A stretch of 64,000 nucleotides of DNA from Bacteroidota bacterium (GTDB lineage Bacteria; Bacteroidota; Bacteroidia; Chitinophagales; Chitinophagaceae), in NCBI GenBank assembly GCA_018267625.1, contig JAFDYC010000037.1:21736-85735 (forward strand). Reading direction: 5' to 3'. The notes beneath the pieces were generated by a model, which saw only the letters and a program-made list of their open reading frames with translations, ran no database searches and was not told the origin of the DNA. Shown here one piece after another: positions 35,639-45,600 of the stretch. Both the position numbers and the translations under genes were made by a program. Position 1 is the stretch's first letter. Each line of letters begins with the position of its first letter.

Positions 35639-36523
35639 ATGAATAGAAAACAGTTTCTTCAATCGCTGGCGGTTTTACCCTTCGCATCCCCGGCAATGAA
35701 CCTACATGATTTAGGAAAGATGACGGCTGGCATGAGCTCTTCCGAAAAGATGCCGGTATTGTTTCTGGGCCATGGCAGCCCGATGAATGCTATTGAAGAA
35801 AATGAGTTCGTAGCCGGCTTTAGAAAATTGGCATTGGAGCTACCCAGGCCACAAGCAATTCTTTGCGTGTCGGCGCATTGGGAAACCCGCGGCACCTGGG
35901 TGACCGCAATGGAAAAGCCTCCGACGATTCATGATTTTGGAGGTTTCCCGAAGGCTCTTTACGAAGTACAATATCCTGCACCGGGCAGTCCTGAATTAGC
36001 CCGGGAAACAAAAGCAATAATTCAACACACGGAAATAGGCCTCGACCAAAGCTGGGGCTTCGACCACGGAGCCTGGAGCGTCATCAGGCATCTATACCCG
36101 AAAGCAGACGTGCCCCTCATTCAAATGAGCTTAGATGCCTACCAGTTGCCCCAGCATCATTTTGACCTGGCCAAAGACTTATCCCTGCTGCGCAGAAAAG
36201 GAGTACTCATCATCGGCAGCGGCAATATGGTGCACAACCTGCGGATGGTGGCCTGGGATCGACTTGAGGATGCAGGCTATGGCTACGACTGGGCGCTGGA
36301 AGCAAGTGCGAAAATGAAGGCGTTTATTTTGGATGGCAATAGCCAGGGACTCATCCATTTTCGCGCCCAGGGAAAATCTTTTGACTTAGCCATACCTACC
36401 CCGGAACATTACCTACCCATGCTTTACGCCTTGGCCTTGCAGGAAAAAGGGGAGCCTGTTCGAATCTTCAACGATAAGGCCATAGCAGGCTCGCTGACGA
36501 TGACATCGCTCAAAATAGGCTGA
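35639..36523 (+). CDS. ygiD: Class III extradiol dioxygenase (4,5-DOPA dioxygenase/YgiD-like) with an N-terminal export-like signal
   Basis: MPVLFLGHGSPMNA, and WGFDHGAW. The N-terminus MNRKQFLQSLAVLPFASPA is Tat-like. Confidence 0.75.
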   Translation: MNRKQFLQSLAVLPFASPAMNLHDLGKMTAGMSSSEKMPVLFLGHGSPMNAIEENEFVAGFRKLALELPRPQAILCVSAHWETRGTWVTAMEKPPTIHDFGGFPKALYEVQYPAPGSPELARETKAIIQHTEIGLDQSWGFDHGAWSVIRHLYPKADVPLIQMSLDAYQLPQHHFDLAKDLSLLRRKGVLIIGSGNMVHNLRMVAWDRLEDAGYGYDWALEASAKMKAFILDGNSQGLIHFRAQGKSFDLAIPTPEHYLPMLYALALQEKGEPVRIFNDKAIAGSLTMTSLKIG

Positions 36524-36553
36524 ACCGCACTGCGGATACACACCATAATAAAC

Positions 36554-38152
36554 TCAAAGCACCACATCCTGCAAGCGGGGGCTTTTGCCAGGATAGTCGG
36601 TGGTGTAATGCAAGCCCCTGCTTTCTTTTCTAAATGAAGCCCCTTTCACAATCAGGTAGCCTATCGTGATCAGGTTGCGTAGTTCCATCAGTTGTGGGGA
36701 AATCACGGTATTGCGATACAAGGCTTCGGTTTCTTCAAAAATTAAATCAAGCCGGCGCATAGCCCGGGCGAGGCGCACGTCATTCCGCACAATGCCAACA
36801 TAGTCGCTCATCAGGCTTTGCAGTTCTTTCAGGCTTTGAGTGATCAGAATCATTTCTTTCGGCTCGGCGGTGCCGGAAGCATTCCAGTCGGGCACATCTA
36901 CCCGCACCTGCGTTGTTTTCAGAGCTTCTGCTGCATCTTCTGCACAGCGGTGAGCAAACACCAATGCCTCGAGCAGCGAGTTGGAAGCAAGGCGATTGGC
37001 ACCATGCAAACCTGTGGAGGAACATTCACCGCAGGCATAAAGATGCCGTATGGAAGTGCGTCCCATTTCATCTACCTGGATACCGCCGCAACAATAGTGT
37101 GCTGCCGGTGCCACCGGAATCATCTGCACGGCCACGTCAATACCGATGCTGAGGCATTTTGCGTGTATGCTCGGGAAATGCTCCAGAAATTTTTCAGGGT
37201 TCATGTGCCGGCAATCGAGGAAGACATGTTCGGTGCCGCCGCGTTTCATTTCGTTGTCAATTGCACGGGCAACCACATCCCTTGGCGCCAGGTCGCGGCG
37301 GGCATCATATTGCTCCATAAAAGCTACTCCTTCCTTATTGCGCAGGATGCCGCCATCGCCGCGCACAGCTTCGGTGATCAGGAAGGAAGGAGAGACGCCT
37401 GCTTCGTAGAGCGCCGTCGGGTGAAACTGAATAAACTCCATATTCTCTACCCGGGCTTTTGCGCGATATGCCATGGCAATGCCATCACCGGTTGCGATGC
37501 GTGGATTGGTGGTGCTGCGGTAGGCCTGGCCGGTGCCGCCGGTAGCCATCACCGTAATGGGGGCGAGGATTTTTTCGATGGCAAAGCTGTGCAGATTGAG
37601 GGCATAGACGCCAAAACATTCAATATCTGGAGTGGCTTTGGTGACGAGGTAGCCAAGGTGGTGCTGGGTGATTAAGTCCACCACAAACCAATGGTTGTGG
37701 ATGCTGATATTGGGGCATTGCCGCACGGCATCAATCAAGGCACGCTCCATTTCGAAGCCGGTAAAATCCTTGTGGTGCAGGATGCGGAATTCAGAATGCC
37801 CTCCTTCGCGCCCGCGCATATAGTCGCCCGCCGGCGTCTTGTCGAAACGGGCACCCCAGCCTACGATTTCAGCAACACGTTGAGGCCCTTCTTCCACCAC
37901 CATGCGCACAATACGTTCATCGCAAAGTCCATCGCCGGCGATGAGGGTGTCGTCAATATGTTTTTTAAATGAATCGTGCTCCAGGTCATTGACAACGGCA
38001 ATACCACCCTGCGCATACTTCGTGTTCGTTTCGTCTGTGGCTGCCTTGGTGAGGATGCTGATGTTTTTTTCAGGAAATCGGCGGGCGGTCTTTAAAGCAA
38101 AACTCAGCCCGGCAATGCCCGAGCCTATGACCAGAAAGTCGGTTTGCAACAT
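36554..38152 (-). CDS. nadB: L-aspartate oxidase
   Basis: FLVIGSGIAGLS FAD fingerprint, HPTAL, ACGECSSTGLHGANRLASNSLLE. 532 aa. Confidence 0.93.
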   Translation of the reverse strand: MLQTDFLVIGSGIAGLSFALKTARRFPEKNISILTKAATDETNTKYAQGGIAVVNDLEHDSFKKHIDDTLIAGDGLCDERIVRMVVEEGPQRVAEIVGWGARFDKTPAGDYMRGREGGHSEFRILHHKDFTGFEMERALIDAVRQCPNISIHNHWFVVDLITQHHLGYLVTKATPDIECFGVYALNLHSFAIEKILAPITVMATGGTGQAYRSTTNPRIATGDGIAMAYRAKARVENMEFIQFHPTALYEAGVSPSFLITEAVRGDGGILRNKEGVAFMEQYDARRDLAPRDVVARAIDNEMKRGGTEHVFLDCRHMNPEKFLEHFPSIHAKCLSIGIDVAVQMIPVAPAAHYCCGGIQVDEMGRTSIRHLYACGECSSTGLHGANRLASNSLLEALVFAHRCAEDAAEALKTTQVRVDVPDWNASGTAEPKEMILITQSLKELQSLMSDYVGIVRNDVRLARAMRRLDLIFEETEALYRNTVISPQLMELRNLITIGYLIVKGASFRKESRGLHYTTDYPGKSPRLQDVVL

Positions 38153-38254
38153 AACGTCAAAAGTAGGAGTGCGTCCGCCTCCTCAGCATTGAGTATCCTC
38201 AGTGGAAGCTTTCTTAAAAGCACTTACTTTAGCGGCATTACGGGATAAACGGAG

Positions 38255-39016
38255 ATGAATTACGAAATAAAGAGTCTGGGCAAGTTTAAGTATGTAGAAG
38301 AAGGCGAAGGTGAGCCACTCGTACTGCTTCATGGCCTCTTTGGCGCCTTGTCCAATTTTCAGGATCTTATCGAAAATTTTAAAAGCAGCTATCGGGTAGT
38401 TATCCCCCTCTTGCCCCTGTTCGACCTGAATATTTTAGACACTTCCGTAGGAGGCTTAGCCAAACATGTAGCCAAATTCATTGAGGCCCGCGGGCTGGAT
38501 CGGGTACATCTGCTGGGTAATTCCTTGGGTGGCCATGTAGGGCTTGTTTATACGTTGAAGAATCAGGCAAAGGTGAAAACCATCATCCTCACCGGCTCTT
38601 CTGGTTTGTTTGAAAATGGAATGGGAGAAACCTATCCCAAACGCGGCGACAGAGAGTTTATCCGCAAGAAAACCGAGCTTACCTTCTATGACCCTAAAGT
38701 GGCCACGAAGGAGCTGGTGGACGAAGTGTTTGAAATCGTCAACAACCGCCTGAAAGCAATTAAAATTATTTCACTGGCCAAGAGTGCCATCCGTCACAAC
38801 CTGGGGGAAGAGCTTAAAGATATTCAGGTGCCTGCCTGTCTAATCTGGGGCCGTAATGATACCATTACACCACCCATGGTCGCAGAAGAATTTCACAAGC
38901 TCCTGCCTAAAAGTGAGCTGCATTGGATTGATAAATGTGGCCACGCACCTATGATGGAAGTACCCGTCGAATTCAACCAAATTTTGAGCAATTTCTTGTC
39001 GCAGAACGTTCAGTAA
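38255..39016 (+). CDS. Alpha/beta-fold hydrolase
   Basis: Nucleophile elbow GNSLGGH, HG oxyanion motif LLHGLFG, and C-terminal CGHAPMME. Confidence 0.75.
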   Translation: MNYEIKSLGKFKYVEEGEGEPLVLLHGLFGALSNFQDLIENFKSSYRVVIPLLPLFDLNILDTSVGGLAKHVAKFIEARGLDRVHLLGNSLGGHVGLVYTLKNQAKVKTIILTGSSGLFENGMGETYPKRGDREFIRKKTELTFYDPKVATKELVDEVFEIVNNRLKAIKIISLAKSAIRHNLGEELKDIQVPACLIWGRNDTITPPMVAEEFHKLLPKSELHWIDKCGHAPMMEVPVEFNQILSNFLSQNVQ

Positions 39017-39037
39017 TTCCTATAAGCAGCTCATCCC

Positions 39038-39415
39038 ATGCTTAGAAATTTTCTGCTGGTAGGAATTGGAGGTGCCGCGGGAAGTATGTTGCGCTATGGG
39101 ATTAGCTGGTTGCTGCCCCGCGGGATGCATGGCTTTCCCTGGTCTACCTTCCTGACCAACATCGCCGGTTGTTTTCTCATAGGCTTGTTGGCCGGAATGA
39201 TGCCGGGAAATCACTGGCTCCGGCGGACGGGCTGGTTTCTTTTAGGCACCGGATTATGCGGGGGCTTCACTACGTTTTCAAGTTTCGCTTTAGAAAGTAT
39301 CGTGCTCACACAGGAAGGGATGAGCCTGAAAGCAGCAGCGTATCTTATCGCCAGCATAGGAATTGGTCTGGTGTTTTGCCTGGCAGGTTATGCAGCCGCC
39401 CTTCGGATGAATTAA
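39038..39415 (+). CDS. crcB: Fluoride channel CrcB/FluC
   Basis: MLRNFLLVGIGGAAGSMLRY and GLCGGFTTFSSF. 125 aa. Confidence 0.9.
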   Translation: MLRNFLLVGIGGAAGSMLRYGISWLLPRGMHGFPWSTFLTNIAGCFLIGLLAGMMPGNHWLRRTGWFLLGTGLCGGFTTFSSFALESIVLTQEGMSLKAAAYLIASIGIGLVFCLAGYAAALRMN

Positions 39416-39615
39416 TCAGAATGGCCCTCGATAGAAGTACCTGTTTTCCTGTTTGCTTCTTTAGCTGTACTGCCGAATGAAAGCTTGAAACAGGAAAGGG
39501 TCGTGTGTATAGCCGCTTTCATCTTTTGACATTATGCCGAAATGAGAGGTTATTTTCTGAGGCTGCCGTACATTTTCATCGCTCCATTCAGTAAGCACCG
39601 TCATCCATCGAACGC

Positions 39616-40086
39616 ATGCCTCAATTCAGTTTCTCCTTTGAGCGCTGCCCGGTAGCGCAACTCCCTGCCGAAATTCAAATGCTGATTCAGGCGGCAGAAA
39701 CCGCCCGGGCTACAGCCTACGCTCCATATTCTCATTTCAAAGTAGGAGCCGCCATATTATTGAGTGATGGTACAACACTGCGTGCAGCGAACCAGGAAAA
39801 TGCTTCTTTCCCGGCAGGTATTTGTGCGGAGCGAGCAGCCCTGGCAAAGCACAATCTGAATGGTAGCGAAACAATATTGGCCTTAGCCATAAGCTACTTG
39901 CCCCATTCCGGTACGGGGAATCAGCCCTTGTCGCCCTGTGGTATTTGCCGGCAAAGTATTCTGGAAGCACAGCTACACCAGGGAAGACCGATTGCCGTGT
40001 ATATGTGTTCGCCAGCAGGCGAAGTGCTTTATGTGAAAGATGCCAGTTTACTGTTGCCCTTCCATTTCAGCAGTGCGTTTCTCTAA
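39616..40086 (+). CDS. cdd: Cytidine deaminase
   Basis: Zinc motifs CAERAAL and PCGICRQ. Confidence 0.85.
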   Translation: MPQFSFSFERCPVAQLPAEIQMLIQAAETARATAYAPYSHFKVGAAILLSDGTTLRAANQENASFPAGICAERAALAKHNLNGSETILALAISYLPHSGTGNQPLSPCGICRQSILEAQLHQGRPIAVYMCSPAGEVLYVKDASLLLPFHFSSAFL

Positions 40087-40221
40087 GAAATTTTCCTGCT
40101 TGCTGTTTCCATCAACTTCATCAGTAGCTGAAATATTTTCAGCTCATTGAAAATTGACTCAAGACTACAGCGGCTCCAAGCCCGACTTTTGCTGCATTCA
40201 TAAATAACCTTCCTTCTTTTT

Positions 40222-41457
40222 ATGCGCAGCCTGATAACCAATATCCACTTACTTGCCGGCATAGAAAATGGTGATCGCCGCAGGGTGGTATCTGGTGCTG
40301 ACATGGCCTCGATGCGCTGCCTGAAGGATGCTTGGGTGCTGGCAGAAGGTGGCCTGATCACAGGCTTCGGGACGATGGATGCACTACCCGATTTTCATGC
40401 CGATACACAGATAGATGCGAGTGGTAGTATCGTGCTGCCGGCCTGGTGTGATTCGCATACTCATATTGTCTTTGCCGCAGCCCGTGATGGAGAATTTGTG
40501 GATCGAATTCGTGGGCTGAGCTATGCAGAAATTGCAGCAAGAGGCGGCGGCATTCTCAACTCAGCAAATAAGTTGAATGAAGCAGATGAAGAAGCACTCT
40601 TCGATGCGGCATTACATCGGGTGCATCAGGTGATGGCGCAAGGCACAGGGGCCCTCGAAATCAAAAGCGGCTACGGATTGAATACAGAATCCGAGCTCAA
40701 AATGCTTCGGGTCATCCGAAGGCTGCGGGAGACTCTGCCCATTCCTATCCGGGCTTCTTTCCTCGCTGCTCATGCGTATCCGGCAAGCTACCGAAACAAC
40801 AAAGAGGCGTATGTGAAATTGATCATTGATGAGATGCTGCCCCGGGTGGCCGATGAAGGCCTGGCGGACTATATGGATGTGTTTTGTGAAGAAGGGTTTT
40901 TCAGTGTGGATGATACCTCGCGATTGCTGGATGCCGCAGCCCTCCGGGGCCTGAAGCCGAAGATTCATGCCAACCAACTGCATAATAGTGGCGGCGTACA
41001 AGTGGGCATCCGACATGGCGCCATCTCAGTAGATCATCTGGAATGCGTGGCAGAACCCGAGCTGGAAGCTTTGAAGCATTCAGACACCATTCCCACTTTA
41101 CTACCCGGTGCTGCATATTTCCTGGGGATGCATTATCAGCCTGCGCGTCAAATGATTGATGCCGGGTTGCCGGTCTGCCTGGCAACGGACTACAACCCCG
41201 GAAGTTGCCCCAGTGGGAATGTACCCTTGCTGCTGAATATCGCCTGTACCCAAATGAAAATGCTGCCGGAAGAAGCTATTCAGGCGGTTACCCTTAACGG
41301 TGCTGCAGCCATAGAACTCAGTACGCAACTTGGAACAATTGCCGTTGGCAAAACAGCGAACCTGATCATCACCCGGCCCATGCCTTCATTAGCTTATATC
41401 CCGTATGATTTTGGGAACAATCCGGTAGGCAGAATGATGATAAAAGGAAGAATCTGA
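40222..41457 (+). CDS. hutI: Imidazolonepropionase
   Basis: CDSHTHIVFA metal motif, amidohydrolase fold length (411 aa), and LATDYNPGS. Confidence 0.85.
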   Translation: MRSLITNIHLLAGIENGDRRRVVSGADMASMRCLKDAWVLAEGGLITGFGTMDALPDFHADTQIDASGSIVLPAWCDSHTHIVFAAARDGEFVDRIRGLSYAEIAARGGGILNSANKLNEADEEALFDAALHRVHQVMAQGTGALEIKSGYGLNTESELKMLRVIRRLRETLPIPIRASFLAAHAYPASYRNNKEAYVKLIIDEMLPRVADEGLADYMDVFCEEGFFSVDDTSRLLDAAALRGLKPKIHANQLHNSGGVQVGIRHGAISVDHLECVAEPELEALKHSDTIPTLLPGAAYFLGMHYQPARQMIDAGLPVCLATDYNPGSCPSGNVPLLLNIACTQMKMLPEEAIQAVTLNGAAAIELSTQLGTIAVGKTANLIITRPMPSLAYIPYDFGNNPVGRMMIKGRI

Positions 41458-41470
41458 AAGCCGGAATTGC

Positions 41471-41498
41471 AAAAAAAACCGCCGCCCGGAGGCAGCGG
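41471..41498 (-). terminator. Intrinsic terminator after the DUF6089-like gene
   Basis: ccgccgcc/ggcagcgg hairpin (one mismatch) flanked by A8 and A9 runs. On the minus strand the hairpin is followed by U8. Confidence 0.6.
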
Positions 41499-41533
41499 AA
41501 AAAAAAAGAGTTGGGTTGAAGCAATACCGTTCT

Positions 41534-42421
41534 TTATCGGTAGTAGTTCTTAGCCCGTCCCGGAAACCAGGTGGGGCATTTAGTCTGGATGTATTCCTTG
41601 ATATTGCCTAAGGCAGAGAGATAAACATTCACATTGAGGCCGGCAAAATAATACCAGTCGTTGCCCTTAAAATCGCCTCGCTGATGGGTATAGTCCGGGT
41701 AGGCACCGTCCCAGCCAGGCACTTCAGAGCCGCGGAAAGAAAGTGCCGCTGCCTGAGCACCGCGGAAGGCCGTAAGTGTGTCCATGTTGACGTAAGAGCG
41801 GCTGACATCGTCCAGGTAATCGGTGCTGGTGTAGCGAAGGCCTACTTCAGTGGTTACCATCAGTGTTTTCCCGATAAAGAATTTGAGGCCACCCCCAATA
41901 GGGAAAGCTACGTTTACGAGTTTGTATTCCTTGCGGTCCGGGTATTGATAAAGACCTTGACCTTCTGTGCTGAGGGGGCGCAGGAATACTTTATCGCCGT
42001 TGGGCGCTGTGGTGTAGGGATTGGAGTAGAAGAGTGCAATGCCACCGAACACATAGGGGGACACTTTCATGCGGTCCACATCTACGGGCAGGAGGTTGAT
42101 TTCGAGGCCGCCGTGAATCTCAAAGAGGTTTGTAGCAAAACTCAAATTACGGGCTTTGTTGACGGGAATATCGGAAAGAGAGTCTGCGGCGGTAAGCTGG
42201 GCAAATGAGGCTCCGAAACGAAGGCCTACATGCGGCGACATGAAATACTTGTACACGATACCTCCCATTGGTTTGTAGCCATAGCTGGCTGGAAGTTTCG
42301 TCTGCAAGTCGCCGTAGTAGTTGGCCACGCCGGCCATGAGGCCTATTTCGTGGTGCATTTGCGCTGCAGCAGACAGAGGGAGTGCTCCAATCAGGAGCAA
42401 TGAGTATAGCAGTCGTTTCAT
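41534..42421 (-). CDS. Outer-membrane beta-barrel protein (DUF6089-like)
   Basis: Signal peptide MKRLLYSLLLIGALPLSAAAQ, then HEIGLMAGVANYYGDL and repeated amphipathic strands. The family call is from memory. Confidence 0.55.
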   Translation of the reverse strand: MKRLLYSLLLIGALPLSAAAQMHHEIGLMAGVANYYGDLQTKLPASYGYKPMGGIVYKYFMSPHVGLRFGASFAQLTAADSLSDIPVNKARNLSFATNLFEIHGGLEINLLPVDVDRMKVSPYVFGGIALFYSNPYTTAPNGDKVFLRPLSTEGQGLYQYPDRKEYKLVNVAFPIGGGLKFFIGKTLMVTTEVGLRYTSTDYLDDVSRSYVNMDTLTAFRGAQAAALSFRGSEVPGWDGAYPDYTHQRGDFKGNDWYYFAGLNVNVYLSALGNIKEYIQTKCPTWFPGRAKNYYR

Positions 42422-42687
42422 CAGCCGATTGTTAAAAAATAACTGTCGGGCAAGGTAAGGCGCTTTTGGGAAAAATAAAACGGGATTTGGGATAGAGTTT
42501 TCAGCTTTTTATCTCGCAGGGCGTTTTGGGAAGATGTGCAAGAAAATGCTTAGCAATAACGGGAAATAGAAGCTGCCAGGCGGCTCAATAGTAGTAATAG
42601 CCCTGAACGGTGCCATCGCCGAAAAAGCCGATGAGAGGGCAACTGCTGACCACAAAAAAAATTTCAATCCAATGAGCCTTTCCCAGA

Positions 42688-45600
42688 CTATCGCATGATG
42701 TACATCTTGCCCCAGCCGTTGTGGAAGAAGCGGTCAATACCGCCGCCTCGTTTTTGGGTGTTGGCATCATCCGTGCGGATATCTACATCCTGCCCATTGA
42801 GCATGGTTACGACCCGGTAGAGGTACACACCGTTGCCAAGAAGCTGGCCGTATTGGTCACGGCCATCCCATTTGTATTCTGTGATGTTGCGTCCGATGTG
42901 CAGGGGGCCTAGTTCGGCACGGGTGATTTCGCGGACCACTTTGCCGGTGACGGTGAGGATTTGAATCTTAAGCTGCGATGGGATTTGGGAGCCCGTAAGG
43001 GTGAACACAAATGCAGTGGCGGTGGAGAATGGATTGGGGTAATTCAATAGCCGGGTAATGCTGGGTTTGTTGTCCACGGTGAAGCTGATTTTGTAATCAG
43101 AGCTACCGATATTGCCGGAGGTGCCACCGGCGATGTTACCGGCTCTGTCGTGGCCGCTTACTACTAGTTGGTAAGTTCCATCCTGGCTGAGCGTGGGCCG
43201 GTATTCTATGTAAGCTTCGTTGGTGCCGCCTGGGTTTGCCGGTATGAAGCGGCAGGTTTGCCCATCAAAAGGAATGGGTTGTGCATTGCCACCGAATGAA
43301 TCAGCAGGTGTACGCAGGGATAGCTGCAACATGCTTGTGTCGTTGAGTGCTTGAAATTTGTTTTCGTCTTTGAGCATGACCTTGATAAATGGTTTTGCAG
43401 AGACGATATCGCCATTGAGGATGTGAATGCCATCGAAGGTCACATCGAGCAAGGGGTTGCGGGTGTCAATTCCTACGCGGAAAGGCAGGTATCCGAGGTT
43501 GTTGGGGTGGTATTGTTCGGGCTGGTCATCATCCGGGTTTGCTTCCACGAAGAGAAGGTTGCTGCCGGGATAGTCTGAAGGGTCGAAACTGTATTGAACA
43601 TGAATTGTATCGAGTGCCGCCAAAGGTTTATAGCGTATGTCGGCTAGGTTGTGCGTGGTGCCGTTTGCCCCCACAATCCGGTAGCGCACCAGCATACTGT
43701 CCATCGGGAGGTCTGTGAGATTTTCAATTGCAGTAGAGAAATTCTGAGTTTGACCGGCAGAGACCGAATCACTGTATGACAGGAAGGAGGCTGGGTTAAG
43801 AGCCGCTTCAGGGACTGGTTGATAAAGCACCCGCCAATAGGCAAGTTGGGGACTGGTCAGGCTGATGGAATCTTTGCTGGTCCAGAGCAAACGGAGGTAG
43901 GGATATTGCTGGACAGAGATGTTGCTGAGAGAAGTGTCGCCCGTAACATCAGGCATCAGGGTGGTTTCGTTGCCCTGTTTATCTACACCGATAACAGCGA
44001 TTGTAGCCGTGTCATTTATGCCAGCGGTGTCGAGGGGAAAGGTTTTCCATTTCAGCTCTTGCCAGGATTTGGCAGGGCCAATAACCGTGCTTCGATACTG
44101 GCCGCTCGGGGCCGGTGCCTCTATGGTATAATCTAAGCGGAGTATGTCACTTAAGTTGTCGGTTACTGCCTGGTATATGGGGAATGAAGGGGTGTTTTTC
44201 CGACACATGAAGATGAACACCCGTTCGCGATAGAAGGAGTCAATTTTTGTGAAGCCCAGATTGTAAAGCGAATTGTAGAGCGAGCGCCCCGGGCCGGTAA
44301 CGGTCGTGTCTGCTTTCCAGGCAGGGATACAATAAATGGGAGAAGAGATGCCATGCCAAAAGGCATTTTTTACAACGATGTAGTCCCCATCGGGAATAGT
44401 ATCTATAAAGCGGGCGGCGGCAATGCGCCCGGCCTGACTGGCCAAATTGAACTGCCTGGACCAGGAGCCGGTACCATCGGGACGGGGTGGGGTACTGCCA
44501 TAGGTAGTGCTGGGAGAATTCATCCAGATGCGCGCTGTAGCCGGGTCAATGACAAGGATGCTCAGTGCATTCCAGACACCGGAATGTGAGGATTGTTCGA
44601 TACGCGAGTTGTTGTAGAAAGTCTGCATGTCATTGGCTGTAGAATTGCAGTTCCCATCCCAACACAGCACGATATTTTTCACCTCCAGGCTATTGCCTAC
44701 CAGGGGGAAATGAAAGACGCGGTCAGAGTCCAGATCAAGACCTTGAGGATAGTCTCTTTGGTATTGGAAGAAGTGGCTTTGGTTCCAGCCTTCACTGCCT
44801 TTATCGAGATAAACAAAAGAACTATTGCTCCAGCGTAAATCATTTGCGGGGCTATCAAGGGCCGTGCGCCAGTAATAAACAACACTATCCCGGTATTGGA
44901 CATCCGGTTTCCATTTCACCACTCCTCCGGCACTGTTAATACGGGTGCTCACTTTGAGGGGGCTGTTGAAGAGGATGGTGGTATCCATCTCAATCCGATA
45001 GTTTGCCGGCCCCCGGAAGGCATTGAGGATCGAAGCTTTTAAGGTGAGCCCCTGATTGTGGACGATGGCAAACTCTTTAGGATAGACAGGAACTAAGTTG
45101 TCGGAATAGATGAAGAGTTGCAGGTTGGCCGTGTTGTTCATTTCGCTGACTTCATCATACTTATCGGCAGCGTCAATGGTGACTTTGTATTTGTTCAGCC
45201 CCAGGTCCGCAATCTTATTGACGGGAATTTTTATCAAGCTGGTATCGCTGAAAAACAAATTGGGAATCGTGTAGCTCGCGATAACAGAGGTTGCGCCGGC
45301 AGGGTTTGTATGTTCTACCCGGACAAGGACCGTGTCCGGAACTGCTTTCCCCAAATTGTAACTCTCAACACGCAATCCAAAGCTGTCCATAGAAGTGCTC
45401 ACATTCCCGGGCACCGCAGCGAGGTTATAGTCTGCCAGGAAAAAATCCGGCTTTGAAGGAGATGGAAATCGTACAGCAGGATCACCGGCCAGAATAATAG
45501 ATTCGAGCTGGGTAGAATAGCTATTGGGATAGCTGCTGCCGGTGTTTACAATATAGTTGTTCGTGACACTGTCATAGGCGAAATTGGCATGCGTGCCCAT

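Noticed and set aside
36818-37675. 285-aa ORF antisense to nadB.
   Set aside because: It is fully nested in the well-supported nadB CDS and has no recognisable domain.
38153-39037. I looked for a fluoride riboswitch (crcB motif) upstream of crcB.
   Set aside because: crcB starts only 21 nt after the alpha/beta hydrolase stop. The 102-nt region upstream of the hydrolase lacks the conserved GGnGAUG...CUGAUG elements as I remember them. crcB is probably co-transcribed with the hydrolase without a riboswitch.
39416-39615. Structured 200-nt spacer after crcB, with a 9-bp stem ttcctgttt/aaacaggaa around a 33-nt loop, and a tiny Cys-rich ORF (MALDRSTCFPVCFFSCTAE).
   Set aside because: The hairpin lacks a proper U-tail, and I see no supporting translation-start context or homolog for the 19-aa ORF. 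It is probably just the crcB 3' UTR and the cdd promoter region.
42585-42770. 61-aa ORF overlapping the 3' end of the PorU2-like gene and extending into the downstream spacer.
   Set aside because: It overlaps the stop region of the large CDS in another frame, has no start context, and ends in YYYY, which looks like a compositional artefact.
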